The notes under the pieces: model-generated
Database searches by the model: none
Told to the model about the DNA's origin: nothing
What the model saw: the letters and a program-made list of their open reading frames with translations, nothing else
Origin: Desulfobacterales bacterium
GTDB lineage: Bacteria; Desulfobacterota; Desulfobacteria; Desulfobacterales; UBA2245
Length of the DNA: 64,000 nucleotides
Direction of reading: 5' to 3'
Assembly (NCBI GenBank): GCA_040771865.1
Contig: JAXGZF010000005.1
Location: 1-64,000 of the forward strand
Program-made: the position numbers and the translations under genes
In this document: one piece after another, positions 26,924 to 37,510 of the stretch
How positions within the stretch are numbered: position 1 is the stretch's first letter
How the letters are laid out: every line of letters starts with the position of its first letter

Positions 26924-26957
26924 AAAAGCTTCCGGATTTTCACCGGAAGCTTTTTTG
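26924..26957 (+). terminator. Intrinsic terminator after mrp
   Basis: aaaagcttccgg / ccggaagctttt stem followed by a T-run. Confidence 0.8.
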
Positions 26958-27109
26958 TAATTGGAAGGGCGGCGAATTTTTTCGATTTATCTGCGCACAT
27001 ACCCATCCAAAAAACCAATGACAAAAATCCGGGTATGATGGTATATTTTAACAAAATTTTGATTTTTTGAATTTCAGATGCGCATTGGATCGCAAGCGAC
27101 GTGGACGAT

Positions 27110-28030
27110 ATGGCAACCTCCTGTGACCTTTCCGTCGATATCGGGTGTCTCCGGCTGAAAAATCCTGTAATGACCGCGTCCGGGACATTCGGTTACGGGC
27201 GGGAATTCGATCATCTGATCGATTTGAAGCGGCTGGGTGCCATTATTGTCAAGGGAATTTCCCTGGAACCCTCGAAGGGAAATCCACCGCCGCGCATCAT
27301 TGAAACGCCCTGCGGCATGTTGAACGCCATCGGCCTGGAAAATGTCGGACTTCGGGCGTTTCTTTCCGAAAAGATGCCGTTTTTGAAAACGCTCGATACC
27401 CCGATTCTCGTCAACATCTACGGCAAAACCATTGAGGAATACGAGGCACTGGCATTCGGGCTGGACGGCGTGGACGGCGTGCACGGTCTTGAGGTGAATA
27501 TTTCATGTCCGAATGTCAAGGCCGGCGGCGTTGCTTTCGGAGTGGATCCGCAAACCGCTTTCGAGGTTACAGCCGCTGTCAGGCGTCGAACGGACCTGCC
27601 GCTGATCGTCAAGCTGACGCCGAATGTGACGGACATTACGCAGATCGCCCGCAGCGTGGAAGACGCCGGCGCCGATGCCGTGTCGATGATCAACACGATT
27701 ACCGGCATGGCGGTGGATATTCACACCCGCCGACCCAGGCTGGCGAATGTCACAGGGGGCCTGTCCGGGCCGGCGATCAAACCCGTGGCCCTGAGAATGG
27801 TCTGGCAGACGGTTCAGGTTCTTAATATTCCCGTGATCGGCATCGGAGGCATCATGACCGCCGAGGATGCTCTGGAATTTCTCGTGGTCGGCGCCAAGGC
27901 CGTCCAGGTCGGAACGGCGAACTTTGTTGATCCCCATGGAACCATCGATATCATTGACGGCATCGAGCGTTTTCTGGTTGATCGGAAAATTGTTCAATTG
28001 ACCCGTATTATCGGCTCTCTGGAAACCTAA
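27110..28030 (+). CDS. pyrD: Dihydroorotate dehydrogenase, family 1B catalytic subunit
   Basis: LKNPVMTASGTFGYG, MLNAIGLENVG, EVNISCPNV, GGLSGPAIKPVAL. Confidence 0.95.
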   Translation: MATSCDLSVDIGCLRLKNPVMTASGTFGYGREFDHLIDLKRLGAIIVKGISLEPSKGNPPPRIIETPCGMLNAIGLENVGLRAFLSEKMPFLKTLDTPILVNIYGKTIEEYEALAFGLDGVDGVHGLEVNISCPNVKAGGVAFGVDPQTAFEVTAAVRRRTDLPLIVKLTPNVTDITQIARSVEDAGADAVSMINTITGMAVDIHTRRPRLANVTGGLSGPAIKPVALRMVWQTVQVLNIPVIGIGGIMTAEDALEFLVVGAKAVQVGTANFVDPHGTIDIIDGIERFLVDRKIVQLTRIIGSLET

Positions 28031-28053
28031 ACGTTTAACGAAAGGAGCTAAAG

Positions 28054-28509
28054 ATGGGATTTGTCAATTTTCAGGCAATTGTTGATTTTGCAATTGAAAA
28101 GGAAAAGGAAGCCGCCGCATTCTATGAAATGGCCAGCAAGACGGCAGCGCTTGCCGGCGCAAGGGACATGCTCAAGGAGTTTGCGGCCGAGGAACGCAAA
28201 CATCAGAGCATGCTGGAGAATATTGGAGAACAGACCCTGTCCGCGTATGACTTCAAGGCCGTTTCCGATCTGAAACGTTCGGATTACCTGACGGACATCG
28301 AATACGAAAAGGGCATGGGTTATCGCGACATTCTCAGGATCGGAATGAAGCGGGAGGAAAAATCAAAGGCGCTTTATACCGTACTGGAAAAGAATGCGCC
28401 GAATGCAAACACTCGGAAGCTCTTTCAGGTTCTGATTCAGGAAGAGTCCAAACATAAAAAGAGCCTTGAAACCCTTTACGATGACCTGATGGCGGAAAGC
28501 GGGGATTAA
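28054..28509 (+). CDS. Ferritin-like / rubrerythrin-family di-iron protein
   Basis: AIEKEKEAAAFY...EERKH and REEKSKALY...EESKH paired ExxH motifs; RBS aaggag. Confidence 0.88.
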   Translation: MGFVNFQAIVDFAIEKEKEAAAFYEMASKTAALAGARDMLKEFAAEERKHQSMLENIGEQTLSAYDFKAVSDLKRSDYLTDIEYEKGMGYRDILRIGMKREEKSKALYTVLEKNAPNANTRKLFQVLIQEESKHKKSLETLYDDLMAESGD

Positions 28510-28643
28510 GTTTCCGGCTTTCACCCTTCCTGATTAAAAGATCGTTCCGATATCTGAAGACTGCTGCGACATTTTACGGCGATTTATCAATCGCCGCGAC
28601 GATGCGTTTGATGCTTTCATGCACGCCTCGCGTCTCCTTCTAA

Positions 28644-28786
28644 CAGGCTGTTGAAAAACTGCGTCTGAGGCCGCCATTCAGCGTTGCGCGGCTCTCGCCA
28701 ATGCTCACATATGCTTGAATATGCTGCGCTTGTCGCATCGCCGCGCGCCTTGCCTGACTGCCTGATCCTTGTTTTTCAACACCCTG
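28644..28786. mobile_element. 143-bp MITE-like element, copy 2, with a CTAA target duplication
   Basis: Same terminal inverted repeats; CTAA at 28640-28643 and 28787-28790. Confidence 0.85.
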
Positions 28787-28828
28787 CTAAATGATGGGTG
28801 TGCATTTTTATCTTTTTGCGGGGTCATG

Positions 28829-28880
28829 AAAAAAAGCGGCAACCTCGGCAGAAAAGCGTCTGCCGGTAAGTTGCCGCTTT
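28829..28880 (-). terminator. Intrinsic terminator after leuA
   Basis: aaagcggcaac...gttgccgcttt stem with an inner cggcaga/tctgccg stem; reads as a T-run on the minus strand. Confidence 0.7.
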
Positions 28881-28913
28881 ACCTATTTAAAATTTATCCG
28901 AGGTCGCGGCCCG

Positions 28914-30452
28914 TTAGAGGCCCTCATCGGCTACCACCGGGTGGGCCTTGAGATATTCCAGCCGATTCAATCCGTTGATGAACGCTTTTGCACTGGCCGT
29001 GATGATGTCCGGGTCCGCACCGCGGCCCAGCGCAATGAGCCCGTTTTCCTTCAGACGGACTGTCACCTCGCCTTGGGCGTCGGTTCCTCCGGTCAGAGCG
29101 CTGATGGAAAATCGCATCAGATCGGCCCTGGCGCAGGACAGCTTCTTGATGGTATTGAAGGCGGCATCAATGGGGCCGTTTCCATAACCGGCGCCCTGGA
29201 CCGACCGGCCGTTGATCGACATCTTGACGCTGGCCATGGGCAGTACGGTTGTGCCGCTGGTGACATGCAGGTATTCCAGCGAGAAGACCTCGGACGTCTG
29301 CAGAACCTGTTCCGTGACAATCGACTCCAAGTCCTCGTCCATCACGTGTTTTTTCTTGTCGGCCAGTTCCTTGAATCGTGCAAACACCAGGCCGACTTCT
29401 TCATCCGACAGATCATATCCCATGTCTTTCAAGTGGGAACGCAGAGCATGACGGCCCGAATGTTTGCCCAGAACCAGCTTGCTTTCACTCAGTCCAATGG
29501 TTTCAGGCTTCATGATTTCATAGGTCATCGGATTTTTCAGCATTCCATCCTGATGAATGCCCGCTTCATGGGCAAATGCATTGGCGCCGACAATGGCCTT
29601 GTTCGGCTGAACCATGATGCCGGTGATCATGCTGACCAGGCGGCTGGTCGGATAAATAAATTCCGTGCGTATTCGGGAGGCGACATCCAGAAAATTGGGC
29701 CGGGTATGAACGGCCATCACCACTTCTTCCAGGGATGTGTTGCCGGCCCGTTCTCCGATTCCGTTGATGGTGACCTCCGCCTGCCTGGCGCCCGCATGGA
29801 TGGCGGCCAGGGTGTTGGCCGTGGCCAGCCCCAGGTCGTTGTGACAGTGAACGCTTAACACCGCCCGGCCGATGTTGGGGGTGTGGGCCATGATGTAGCG
29901 GACCAGATCTCCAAATTCTGAGGGAATCGCATATCCGACGGTGTCGGGCAGGTTGATGGTGGTAGCGCCCGCTTCAATGGCCGCTTCAAAAATCCGGCAC
30001 AGAAAATCCCGGTCGCTTCTGGAACCGTCTTCTGACGAGAATTCGACGTTATCCGTAAAGCTTTTCGCGTATCGGACGGCTTCAACCGCGGCCTTGACGA
30101 CCTCTTCCCGGTTCATATGGAGTTTGTACTGCATATGAATGTCCGATGTGGCGATAAAGGTGTGGATCCGCGGATTGACCGCTCCCTTGACCGCGGACCA
30201 TGCGGCATCGATATCCTTGATCGAGGCCCTCGCCAGGGCGGCCACCTGCATATCCTTTGCTTTGGCGGCGACGGCTCTGACCGCATCGAAATCTCCTTCC
30301 GAAGCCGCAGGAAATCCGGCCTCCACCACGTCCACTCCCAGTTTCTCCAGCTGGGTGGCGATTCTTACTTTTTCTGCGGTATTCATGCTGGCGCCCGGAG
30401 ACTGCTCGCCGTCTCTCAGGGTGGTATCGAAAATAATCAATCTCTTGTTCAT
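28914..30452 (-). CDS. leuA: 2-isopropylmalate synthase
   Basis: [45 protein letters not shown]. Confidence 0.96.
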   Translation of the reverse strand: MNKRLIIFDTTLRDGEQSPGASMNTAEKVRIATQLEKLGVDVVEAGFPAASEGDFDAVRAVAAKAKDMQVAALARASIKDIDAAWSAVKGAVNPRIHTFIATSDIHMQYKLHMNREEVVKAAVEAVRYAKSFTDNVEFSSEDGSRSDRDFLCRIFEAAIEAGATTINLPDTVGYAIPSEFGDLVRYIMAHTPNIGRAVLSVHCHNDLGLATANTLAAIHAGARQAEVTINGIGERAGNTSLEEVVMAVHTRPNFLDVASRIRTEFIYPTSRLVSMITGIMVQPNKAIVGANAFAHEAGIHQDGMLKNPMTYEIMKPETIGLSESKLVLGKHSGRHALRSHLKDMGYDLSDEEVGLVFARFKELADKKKHVMDEDLESIVTEQVLQTSEVFSLEYLHVTSGTTVLPMASVKMSINGRSVQGAGYGNGPIDAAFNTIKKLSCARADLMRFSISALTGGTDAQGEVTVRLKENGLIALGRGADPDIITASAKAFINGLNRLEYLKAHPVVADEGL

Positions 30453-30631
30453 GATTTTGCTCCTGCTGTAAAGGCGTACTGTTTCAAGCGGGGTTCATTT
30501 CCCCCTGATGTTGAATGTCGATTCAGAGCAGAATCACGCCGAGCATGGGCCGCAGAGCGCAAGTCGGCTTGTTCTCTGCGGCGTTGTCACCTGCTTTCAC
30601 GTTTATCGGTTTGCTTCTCATTTGGTTTTTT

Positions 30632-32239
30632 TTAAACCTCGTGGTTATGGTCTTCAGGCTTTTGCGTTTTTTCCTGAGACAGCTTGTATTGGAAACTGTC
30701 CGCCAGGGCCTGCCAGCTTGCTTCAATAATGTCTTCAGATACGCCGATGGTATTCCAGATATGATCCTGATCCCGCGATTCAATGGATACCCGCACTCTT
30801 GCCGCCGTGCCTTCTCGTCCGTCGATTACGCGGACCTTGAAATCCACCAGATGCATGGAATCCAGATCCGGGTAGAATTTTCCAAGAGCCTTTCTCAGAG
30901 CGTTGTCCAGGGCGCTCACCGGACCGCATCCCTCGGCCGCCGTGATTTCCTCGTTTCCTCCTACCGAAATCTTGATGGTGGCGTGGGCCGAACAGGGACG
31001 GTCTTCATCTTTTTCCACGGCGACCCGGAAGGATTTGAGTTCAAAGAGCGGCATAAACTGCCGGGTGATTTTCTGCACGAGGATTTTAAAGGACCCGTCC
31101 GCGAGATCGAACTGATATCCTTCTTTTTCCAGGCTTTTGATTTCATCGGCGATCCTGCGGCTGTCGAAACCGTTTCCGCCGATCTCCACATCCATTTCCC
31201 GGGCCTTGTACTCTACATTGCTTTTTCCGGCCAGATCCGAAATCAGCACTCTGCGCTTGTTGCCGACCGCTTCCGGGTCGATGTGTTCATAGGCCCGGGC
31301 CATTTTCATGATGGCGCTGACATGAACCCCTCCCTTGTGGGCGAATGCACTGCGACCGACAAAAGGCCGGCTGTTGAGCGGTATCATGTTGGCGGATTCG
31401 CTGATGAACCGGGAAATCTGCTTTAAGTGTTTGAGCTTTTCCGGTGTGATGCACGGCCGGTTCATTTTCAGACAAAGAATCGGAATGATGGAGGTCAGGT
31501 CCGCGTTGCCGCACCGTTCCCCGTATCCGTTCATTGTGCCCTGCGCCATGACGGCGCCGGCTCGTATGGCCGATATGGAATTGGCCACGGCCAGTCCGCA
31601 GTCGTTGTGGGCATGAATTCCGAGCCGGACGGACCGGTCGCCAAAAAAAGTCCGCACCTCCCGGAAGATTCTCTCGATATCAAAGGTTAAGTTCCCGCCG
31701 TTCGTGTCGCAGAGAACCAGAAATTCCGCTCCGGCCTCAGCCGCCGCCTTGAGAGTTTCCAGTGCGTATTCCGGGTTTGCCCGGTATCCGTCAAAAAAAT
31801 GTTCGGCATCATATATCACTTCCCGGCCCTGATCCTTGAGAAAGGAGACGGTTTCCCGAATCATGGCCAGGTTTTCTTCCAGGGCGGTGTTCACGATCTC
31901 TTTCACGTGAAGATCCCAGGATTTTCCGAAAACCGTTATTGTCTGGGTTCCGGCCGCCAGAAGACTTCGAAGATTCTCATCGGATTTGGGATGAATGCCG
32001 GGCTTACGGGTTGAACCGAAGGCGGTCAGCCGGGCCGTATGAAATTTCGTCTTTGCGGCCATTTCGAAAAACGCCATGTCTTTTGGATTGGAACCGGGCC
32101 ACCCGCCTTCGATGTAATGAATGCCGAAGTCGTCCAGACGACAGGCAACCGCCATCTTTTCCGCGACGGTAAAGGAGATGTTTTCACCCTGCGAGCCGTC
32201 TCTCAGTGTGGTATCGTAAAGCAGAATCGGTTCCATCAT
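30632..32239 (-). CDS. cimA: Citramalate synthase
   Basis: YDTTLRDGSQGE, EGGWPGSNPKD, YDAEHFFDGY, AFAHKGGVHVSA. Confidence 0.92.
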   Translation of the reverse strand: MMEPILLYDTTLRDGSQGENISFTVAEKMAVACRLDDFGIHYIEGGWPGSNPKDMAFFEMAAKTKFHTARLTAFGSTRKPGIHPKSDENLRSLLAAGTQTITVFGKSWDLHVKEIVNTALEENLAMIRETVSFLKDQGREVIYDAEHFFDGYRANPEYALETLKAAAEAGAEFLVLCDTNGGNLTFDIERIFREVRTFFGDRSVRLGIHAHNDCGLAVANSISAIRAGAVMAQGTMNGYGERCGNADLTSIIPILCLKMNRPCITPEKLKHLKQISRFISESANMIPLNSRPFVGRSAFAHKGGVHVSAIMKMARAYEHIDPEAVGNKRRVLISDLAGKSNVEYKAREMDVEIGGNGFDSRRIADEIKSLEKEGYQFDLADGSFKILVQKITRQFMPLFELKSFRVAVEKDEDRPCSAHATIKISVGGNEEITAAEGCGPVSALDNALRKALGKFYPDLDSMHLVDFKVRVIDGREGTAARVRVSIESRDQDHIWNTIGVSEDIIEASWQALADSFQYKLSQEKTQKPEDHNHEV

Positions 32240-32339
32240 GACTCCCGCGGTCAGGGGCGGAAATTCCGCCCCTCACGCAATGATTTTACGGTTTTATAGT
32301 CATCCGCGGATCGAGGCTTGCGCCTTGCCGAATACCGGA

Positions 32340-33392
32340 TTATTTTTTCCGGTTTTCCGGTCTTAAAGCCCGGACAGCTGCGCCAGCCTTCCACATCTCT
32401 GAGTTCTTGATTGCATCCAGCTCTATTCTCAGCTTTTGCAGATAGTCGGGTGCGCTGTTGGCTTCAAGGACTCGCGCCGTCTCTTTTCCGGTCTTCACCC
32501 TTTCGTAAAGGTCTTCAAATACCGGCGCGACCGCATCTCGGAATTTTGGCGCCCAGTCCAGAGCCCCCCGTTGGGCCGTGGTGCTGCAGTTGGCAAACAT
32601 CCAGTCCATGCCGTTTTCTCCCACCAGCCGGATCAGGCTCTGGGTCAGCTCTTCAACGGTCTCGTTAAAGGCCTCGCTGGGAGAATGACCGTTCTTTCTC
32701 AGGATGTTGTACTGAGCCTCCATGGTGCCGGCCAGGCATCCCATGAGCACGCCCCGTTCACCGGTGAGGTCGCTGTAAACCTCCTGTTCAAACGTGGTGG
32801 GGAAAAGATACCCGGATCCGATGGCCACACCCAGGGCCAGAGTCCGTTCCTTTGCCCGGCCCGTGTAATCCTGGTATACGGCATAACTGGAATTGATGCC
32901 GCTTCCGTCCAGAAAGTTTCGCCTCACATTGGTGCCGGACCCTTTGGGCGCGACGAGGATCACGTCGATATTCTCAGGCGGAATGACGCCGGTCTGATCC
33001 TTGTATACAATGGAGAATCCGTGGGAAAAATACAGGGCGTCTCCCTTTTTCAGGCATTTTTTGACCATGGGCCAGGTGGCCTTCTGGCCTGCGTCGGAAA
33101 GCAGCATCTTGACAATGGTGCCCCTTTTGGCCGCCTCTTCAATGGGGAAAAGTGTTTTTCCCGGCACAAAGCCGTCTTTTACGGCCTTTTCCCAGTAGGC
33201 ATCCCCTTCAAGTTGTCCGATAATGGGAGAAAAGCCGTTGTCCTTTAAATTCAAGGCTTGGGCCGGCCCCTGAACCCCGTATCCGAGAATTGCGATGGTT
33301 TCATTCTTCAGAACCTCTCTGGCCTTTTTCAGAGAAAATTCCTCGGATGTAATCACTTCTTCCACCACTCCGCCAAAATCGATCTTTGCCAC
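32340..33392 (-). CDS. ilvC: Ketol-acid reductoisomerase (Bacteroidota/fungal Ilv5-like type)
   Basis: GYGVQGPAQALNL, FSHGF, VAPKGSG, SDLTGERGVLMG, NCSTTAQRGALDW. Confidence 0.95.
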   Translation of the reverse strand: MAKIDFGGVVEEVITSEEFSLKKAREVLKNETIAILGYGVQGPAQALNLKDNGFSPIIGQLEGDAYWEKAVKDGFVPGKTLFPIEEAAKRGTIVKMLLSDAGQKATWPMVKKCLKKGDALYFSHGFSIVYKDQTGVIPPENIDVILVAPKGSGTNVRRNFLDGSGINSSYAVYQDYTGRAKERTLALGVAIGSGYLFPTTFEQEVYSDLTGERGVLMGCLAGTMEAQYNILRKNGHSPSEAFNETVEELTQSLIRLVGENGMDWMFANCSTTAQRGALDWAPKFRDAVAPVFEDLYERVKTGKETARVLEANSAPDYLQKLRIELDAIKNSEMWKAGAAVRALRPENRKK

Positions 33393-33457
33393 AATATCCT
33401 CCTTTATTCATTTGTTATAGATTTATGACGACTCATTAAGCTGTTATTGCTCCGGAA

Positions 33458-33952
33458 TTAACTGCCCTTGGGATCACGTGAAATGGCGATAACGCCGGTT
33501 CTGGCAATTTCCTTGATGCCGACGGGTTTGAGCAGGCTCAATATGGCCGCCAGTTTGTCTTCATCTCCGGTCACTTCCAGCGTGTAATGCTCCAATCCCA
33601 CGTCCACCACCTTGCATCGGAAGATGTCGACGATTCGAAGAATTTCGGCGCGATGTTCGGGCAGCGCCCTGACCTTGATCATGGCAAGTTCCCTTTGAAC
33701 AAAATCGGTTCCGGTCAGCTCGTAAACCTTGACCACATTGATCAGCTTGTTGAGCTGCTTCTTGATCTGCTCCACGAGGGGCAGATTGGCCTTGGTGGCG
33801 ATGGTCAGGCGCGAGATTTTCGGATCCGTTGTCTCCGCTACGCACAGGCTCTCGATATTGTATCCCCTTCCGCTGAACAGTCCGGCGATTCTGGACAGAA
33901 CACCGGGTTCGTTGTCAACCAGAATGGACAGAATGTGTTTTTCCGTTTTCAT
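33458..33952 (-). CDS. ilvN: Acetolactate synthase small (regulatory) subunit
   Basis: ACT domain 'LSILVDNEPGVLSRIAGLFSGRGYNIESL', EQIKKQLNKL, EIARTG. Confidence 0.95.
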   Translation of the reverse strand: MKTEKHILSILVDNEPGVLSRIAGLFSGRGYNIESLCVAETTDPKISRLTIATKANLPLVEQIKKQLNKLINVVKVYELTGTDFVQRELAMIKVRALPEHRAEILRIVDIFRCKVVDVGLEHYTLEVTGDEDKLAAILSLLKPVGIKEIARTGVIAISRDPKGS

Positions 33953-34004
33953 TTCAGGGTCCTTATTCTCCCTATTGATTGAGGCGAATCATGCATTTCG
34001 GCGT

Positions 34005-35690
34005 TTACAGGAGCATTTCGCTGATGGGTGCGCCGGCCGGAACCATGGGATAAACGCATTCTTCCGGATCCACCAGAAACTCCATGATCACGGTACGGGG
34101 GGCGGCCAGGCCTTCTCTAAGCACGGGTTCGACATCGGCCGGGTGAACGGCCCGCAGGCCCATGGCCCCGTAAGCTTCGGCCAGCTTTACGAAATCCGGC
34201 GCATGTTCCATTTTCGTGCTGACATAGTTTTTGTCATGAAAAAGTTCCTGCCACTGCCGGACCATGCCCAGACACCGGTTGTTGAGAATCACAACCTTAA
34301 CCGGCAGCCCATACTGTATTGCCGTTGCCAGTTCCTGAATGTTCATCTGAATGCTGCCGTCTCCCGCGACATCCACCACCAGCTGTTCCGGACAGGCGAT
34401 CTGCGCGCCGATGGCGGCCGGAAGACCGTAGCCCATGCATCCGAGGCCGCCGGAAGTCAGGAACCGGTGAGGCCGGTCAAAATGGTAGTACTGGGCTGTC
34501 CACATCTGGTTCTGACCCACTTCGGTGGCGATGATCGCGTCGCCGCGGGTGAGTTCGTAGAGCTTTTCCACAACAAACTGAGGTTTGATCAAGGCGCACT
34601 GGGTATTATAGGCCAGTGGCGTGGTGCGCTTCCATGTTTCGATCTGTTCGAACCATGCTTTGCGTTGTTGAGCAAGATTCTCGAGTTTGAGCTCTTCGAT
34701 CAGACGATTCAAAATATCCAGCGCCAGTCCGCAGTCGCCGACCACAGGTATGGACACCGGTACGTTTTTACGAATCGAGGTGGGGTCGATATCAATATGA
34801 ACGATCTGAGCCTGGGCGGCAAAAGCATCGGTTTTTCCCGTCACCCGGTCGTCAAATCGAGCGCCCACGGCGATCAGCAGATCGCAGCCGGCGACGGCCA
34901 TGTTGGCCCGGTAGACCCCGTGCATTCCCAGCATTCCCAGCCACAGGGGATCCGAGCCCGGAAACGCCCCCAGTCCCATCAGAGAGGCGGTAACGGGAAT
35001 CTGGGTTTTTCTCGCAAATTCCGTCAGCCGATCCGCAGATTTGGAAAGGATCACGCCGCCGCCGGCGAAGATAACGGGCCTTTTCGCATGCTTGATCAAT
35101 TCGACCACCTTCTGAAGCTGCTTTTTGTTTGGGTGGTAGGTCGGATTGTATGAACGCAATCGAAGCGACTGGGGCGGGACATAGCTGATGGTTCGCTTGA
35201 TCACGTCCTTGGGCAGATCCACAAGCACCGGCCCGGGCCGTCCGGAACGGGCGATTTGAAACGCCTCCTTGATGATTCTGGCAAGATCCTCGGTCTGGCT
35301 GACCAGGTAGTTGTGCTTGGTGCAGGGGCGGGTAATGCCCACGATATCCACCTCCTGAAACGCGTCATTGCCGATCAGGTGGGTGGGAACCTGGCCGCAG
35401 AGCACCACCAGCGGAATCGAATCCATGTAAGCGGATGCGATTCCGGTTACCGTATTGGTGGCTCCGGGTCCGGAGGTGACCAGACACACGCCGACCCGGT
35501 CGCTGACCCTGGCATATCCGTCTGCGGCGTGAACGGCACCCTGCTCGTGGCGGACCAGAATATGACGGATCCGAGTTTTGGACAGCTCTTCATATATGTC
35601 GATGGTGGCGGCGCCGGGATAACCGAATATGGTATCGACGCCTTCCTCCTGAAGGGTTTTCATCAGGATCTGCGCGCCGGTGAGCTTCAT
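34005..35690 (-). CDS. ilvB: Acetolactate synthase large subunit, biosynthetic type
   Basis: RHEQGAVHAADGYAR, TSGPGATN, TPP motif GDGSIQMN...NN, GMVRQWQ. Confidence 0.96.
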   Translation of the reverse strand: MKLTGAQILMKTLQEEGVDTIFGYPGAATIDIYEELSKTRIRHILVRHEQGAVHAADGYARVSDRVGVCLVTSGPGATNTVTGIASAYMDSIPLVVLCGQVPTHLIGNDAFQEVDIVGITRPCTKHNYLVSQTEDLARIIKEAFQIARSGRPGPVLVDLPKDVIKRTISYVPPQSLRLRSYNPTYHPNKKQLQKVVELIKHAKRPVIFAGGGVILSKSADRLTEFARKTQIPVTASLMGLGAFPGSDPLWLGMLGMHGVYRANMAVAGCDLLIAVGARFDDRVTGKTDAFAAQAQIVHIDIDPTSIRKNVPVSIPVVGDCGLALDILNRLIEELKLENLAQQRKAWFEQIETWKRTTPLAYNTQCALIKPQFVVEKLYELTRGDAIIATEVGQNQMWTAQYYHFDRPHRFLTSGGLGCMGYGLPAAIGAQIACPEQLVVDVAGDGSIQMNIQELATAIQYGLPVKVVILNNRCLGMVRQWQELFHDKNYVSTKMEHAPDFVKLAEAYGAMGLRAVHPADVEPVLREGLAAPRTVIMEFLVDPEECVYPMVPAGAPISEMLL

Positions 35691-35756
35691 GCGATTACAT
35701 CCTTTGAATTACTGATGGATTTTGTATGTTTTTTCATATTGATTGGGACATCCGAA

Positions 35757-37421
35757 TTAACGGACGATCGCTCCCTGGCTGGCCGAGGACACCATGCGGC
35801 CATACCGGGCCATATATCCGTGTTTGATTCTGGGTTCCGGCGGAGACCAGGCATCCAGACGCCTTCGAATTTCCGCTTCCGGCACTTTCAGGGTTATGGT
35901 TTTTGCGGGAATATCGATGGCGATGATGTCTCCCTCTTCGACAATGGCGATCGGTCCGCCCTGCATGGCTTCCGGCGAGATATGGCCGATGGATGCGCCT
36001 CGGGTTCCGCCGGAAAACCGTCCGTCGGTCAGCAGCGCCACATGCGCGTCGAGCTTCATTCCGCAGATGGTCGATGTGGGGGTGAGCATCTCGCGCATAC
36101 CGGGGCCTCCCATGGGACCTTCGTAGCGGATCAGCACCACGTCGCCTTTTTGAATCCCGCCAGCCATGATGGCCTCGGAAGCCGCTTCTTCGGAGTCGAA
36201 CACCCGCGCAGGCCCTTCGTGGCAAAGCATTTCCTTCAAAACCGCGGCTTGTTTAACGACGCAGCCTTCGGGGGCAAGGTTGCCAAAAAGTACCGCCAGG
36301 CCTCCCTGCGGATGATGGGGACTTTCTATGGGTCGAATGACCTCTGAATCTATGGTTCGAACGGACTGAATGTTGTCCGCCACGGTTTTTCCGGTAACAG
36401 TCAGACAATCCCGGCGGATCAGATTTTTGCGGCAGAGTTCCTTGATGACGGCCTGAATTCCACCGGCCCGGTTCAGATCTTCGATGCGATTTTTGCCGCC
36501 CGGGCTCAGGGCGCAAATATGCGGTGTACGATTGCTGATGGCGTTGATCTGATTCAGATCCAGGGATATTCCGGCTTCCTGGGCGATGGCGCACAGATGC
36601 AGGACCGTGTTGGTGGAACATCCCAGAGCCATGTCCACGGTCAGGGCGTTTTCAAACGCTTCAGGGGTCAGAATCTTTTTCGGAGTGATCTGGTTTTTAA
36701 ACAGACGGACCGCCTGCATGCCGGCTTCTTTGGCCAGGCGAATGCGTGCGCTCATCACCGCCGGAATGGTGCCGTTCCCCGGCAGACCCATGCCGATGGC
36801 CTCGGTCAGACAGTTCATGGAGTTTGCCGTAAACATTCCGGCGCAGGAACCGCAGGTCGGGCAGGCCGTATTTTCGAGCTGAGCAAGCTGTTCTTCGGTC
36901 ATTTTGCCGGTACGGACAGCGCCGACCGCTTCAAAAACGGTGATCAGGTCGGTTTTTTCTCCGGTTTCCGGATGAATGCCAGCCAGCATGGGTCCCCCGC
37001 TGACGACGACGGTGGGAATGTCCAGGCGGGCGGCCGCCATCAGCATTCCGGGAACAATTTTATCGCAATTGGGCACCATTACCATTGCGTCGAAAGCGTG
37101 GGCCGTGGCCATGACCTCGATACTGTCCGCGATTAGTTCACGGCTGGACAGGGAATACTTCATGCCGACATGGTTCATGGCGATGCCGTCGCATACGCCG
37201 ATGACGCCGAATTCAATCGGAGTTCCGCCTGCCATGTAGACGCCGGCCTTGACCGCATCCAGGATCGTGTTGAGGTGGACATGACCGGGTATGATCGCAT
37301 TGGCGGAATTGGCGATTCCAATCAGAGGTTTTTCAATTTCGGAATCCGTAAATCCGCAGGCCTTCAGCAGAGACCGGTGCGGAGCGCGTTCAATCCCCTG
37401 TTTAACGGATGAGCTTTTCAT
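35757..37421 (-). CDS. ilvD: Dihydroxy-acid dehydratase
   Basis: [54 protein letters not shown]. Confidence 0.96.
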   Translation of the reverse strand: MKSSSVKQGIERAPHRSLLKACGFTDSEIEKPLIGIANSANAIIPGHVHLNTILDAVKAGVYMAGGTPIEFGVIGVCDGIAMNHVGMKYSLSSRELIADSIEVMATAHAFDAMVMVPNCDKIVPGMLMAAARLDIPTVVVSGGPMLAGIHPETGEKTDLITVFEAVGAVRTGKMTEEQLAQLENTACPTCGSCAGMFTANSMNCLTEAIGMGLPGNGTIPAVMSARIRLAKEAGMQAVRLFKNQITPKKILTPEAFENALTVDMALGCSTNTVLHLCAIAQEAGISLDLNQINAISNRTPHICALSPGGKNRIEDLNRAGGIQAVIKELCRKNLIRRDCLTVTGKTVADNIQSVRTIDSEVIRPIESPHHPQGGLAVLFGNLAPEGCVVKQAAVLKEMLCHEGPARVFDSEEAASEAIMAGGIQKGDVVLIRYEGPMGGPGMREMLTPTSTICGMKLDAHVALLTDGRFSGGTRGASIGHISPEAMQGGPIAIVEEGDIIAIDIPAKTITLKVPEAEIRRRLDAWSPPEPRIKHGYMARYGRMVSSASQGAIVR

Positions 37422-37441
37422 GGCATTTTCTCCTTTTGTTC

Positions 37442-37482
37442 AAAAAAAAACCGTTACCAGTTTTCGGCTGATAACGGTTTTT
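37442..37482 (-). terminator. Attenuator terminator of the ilv operon leader
   Basis: Minus strand aaccgttatcag-ccgaaaa-ctggtaacggtt followed by a U-run, 20 nt before the ilvD start. Confidence 0.85.
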
Positions 37483-37510
37483 GAGTTCGGAAATATGAAT
37501 TAGGCCATTA

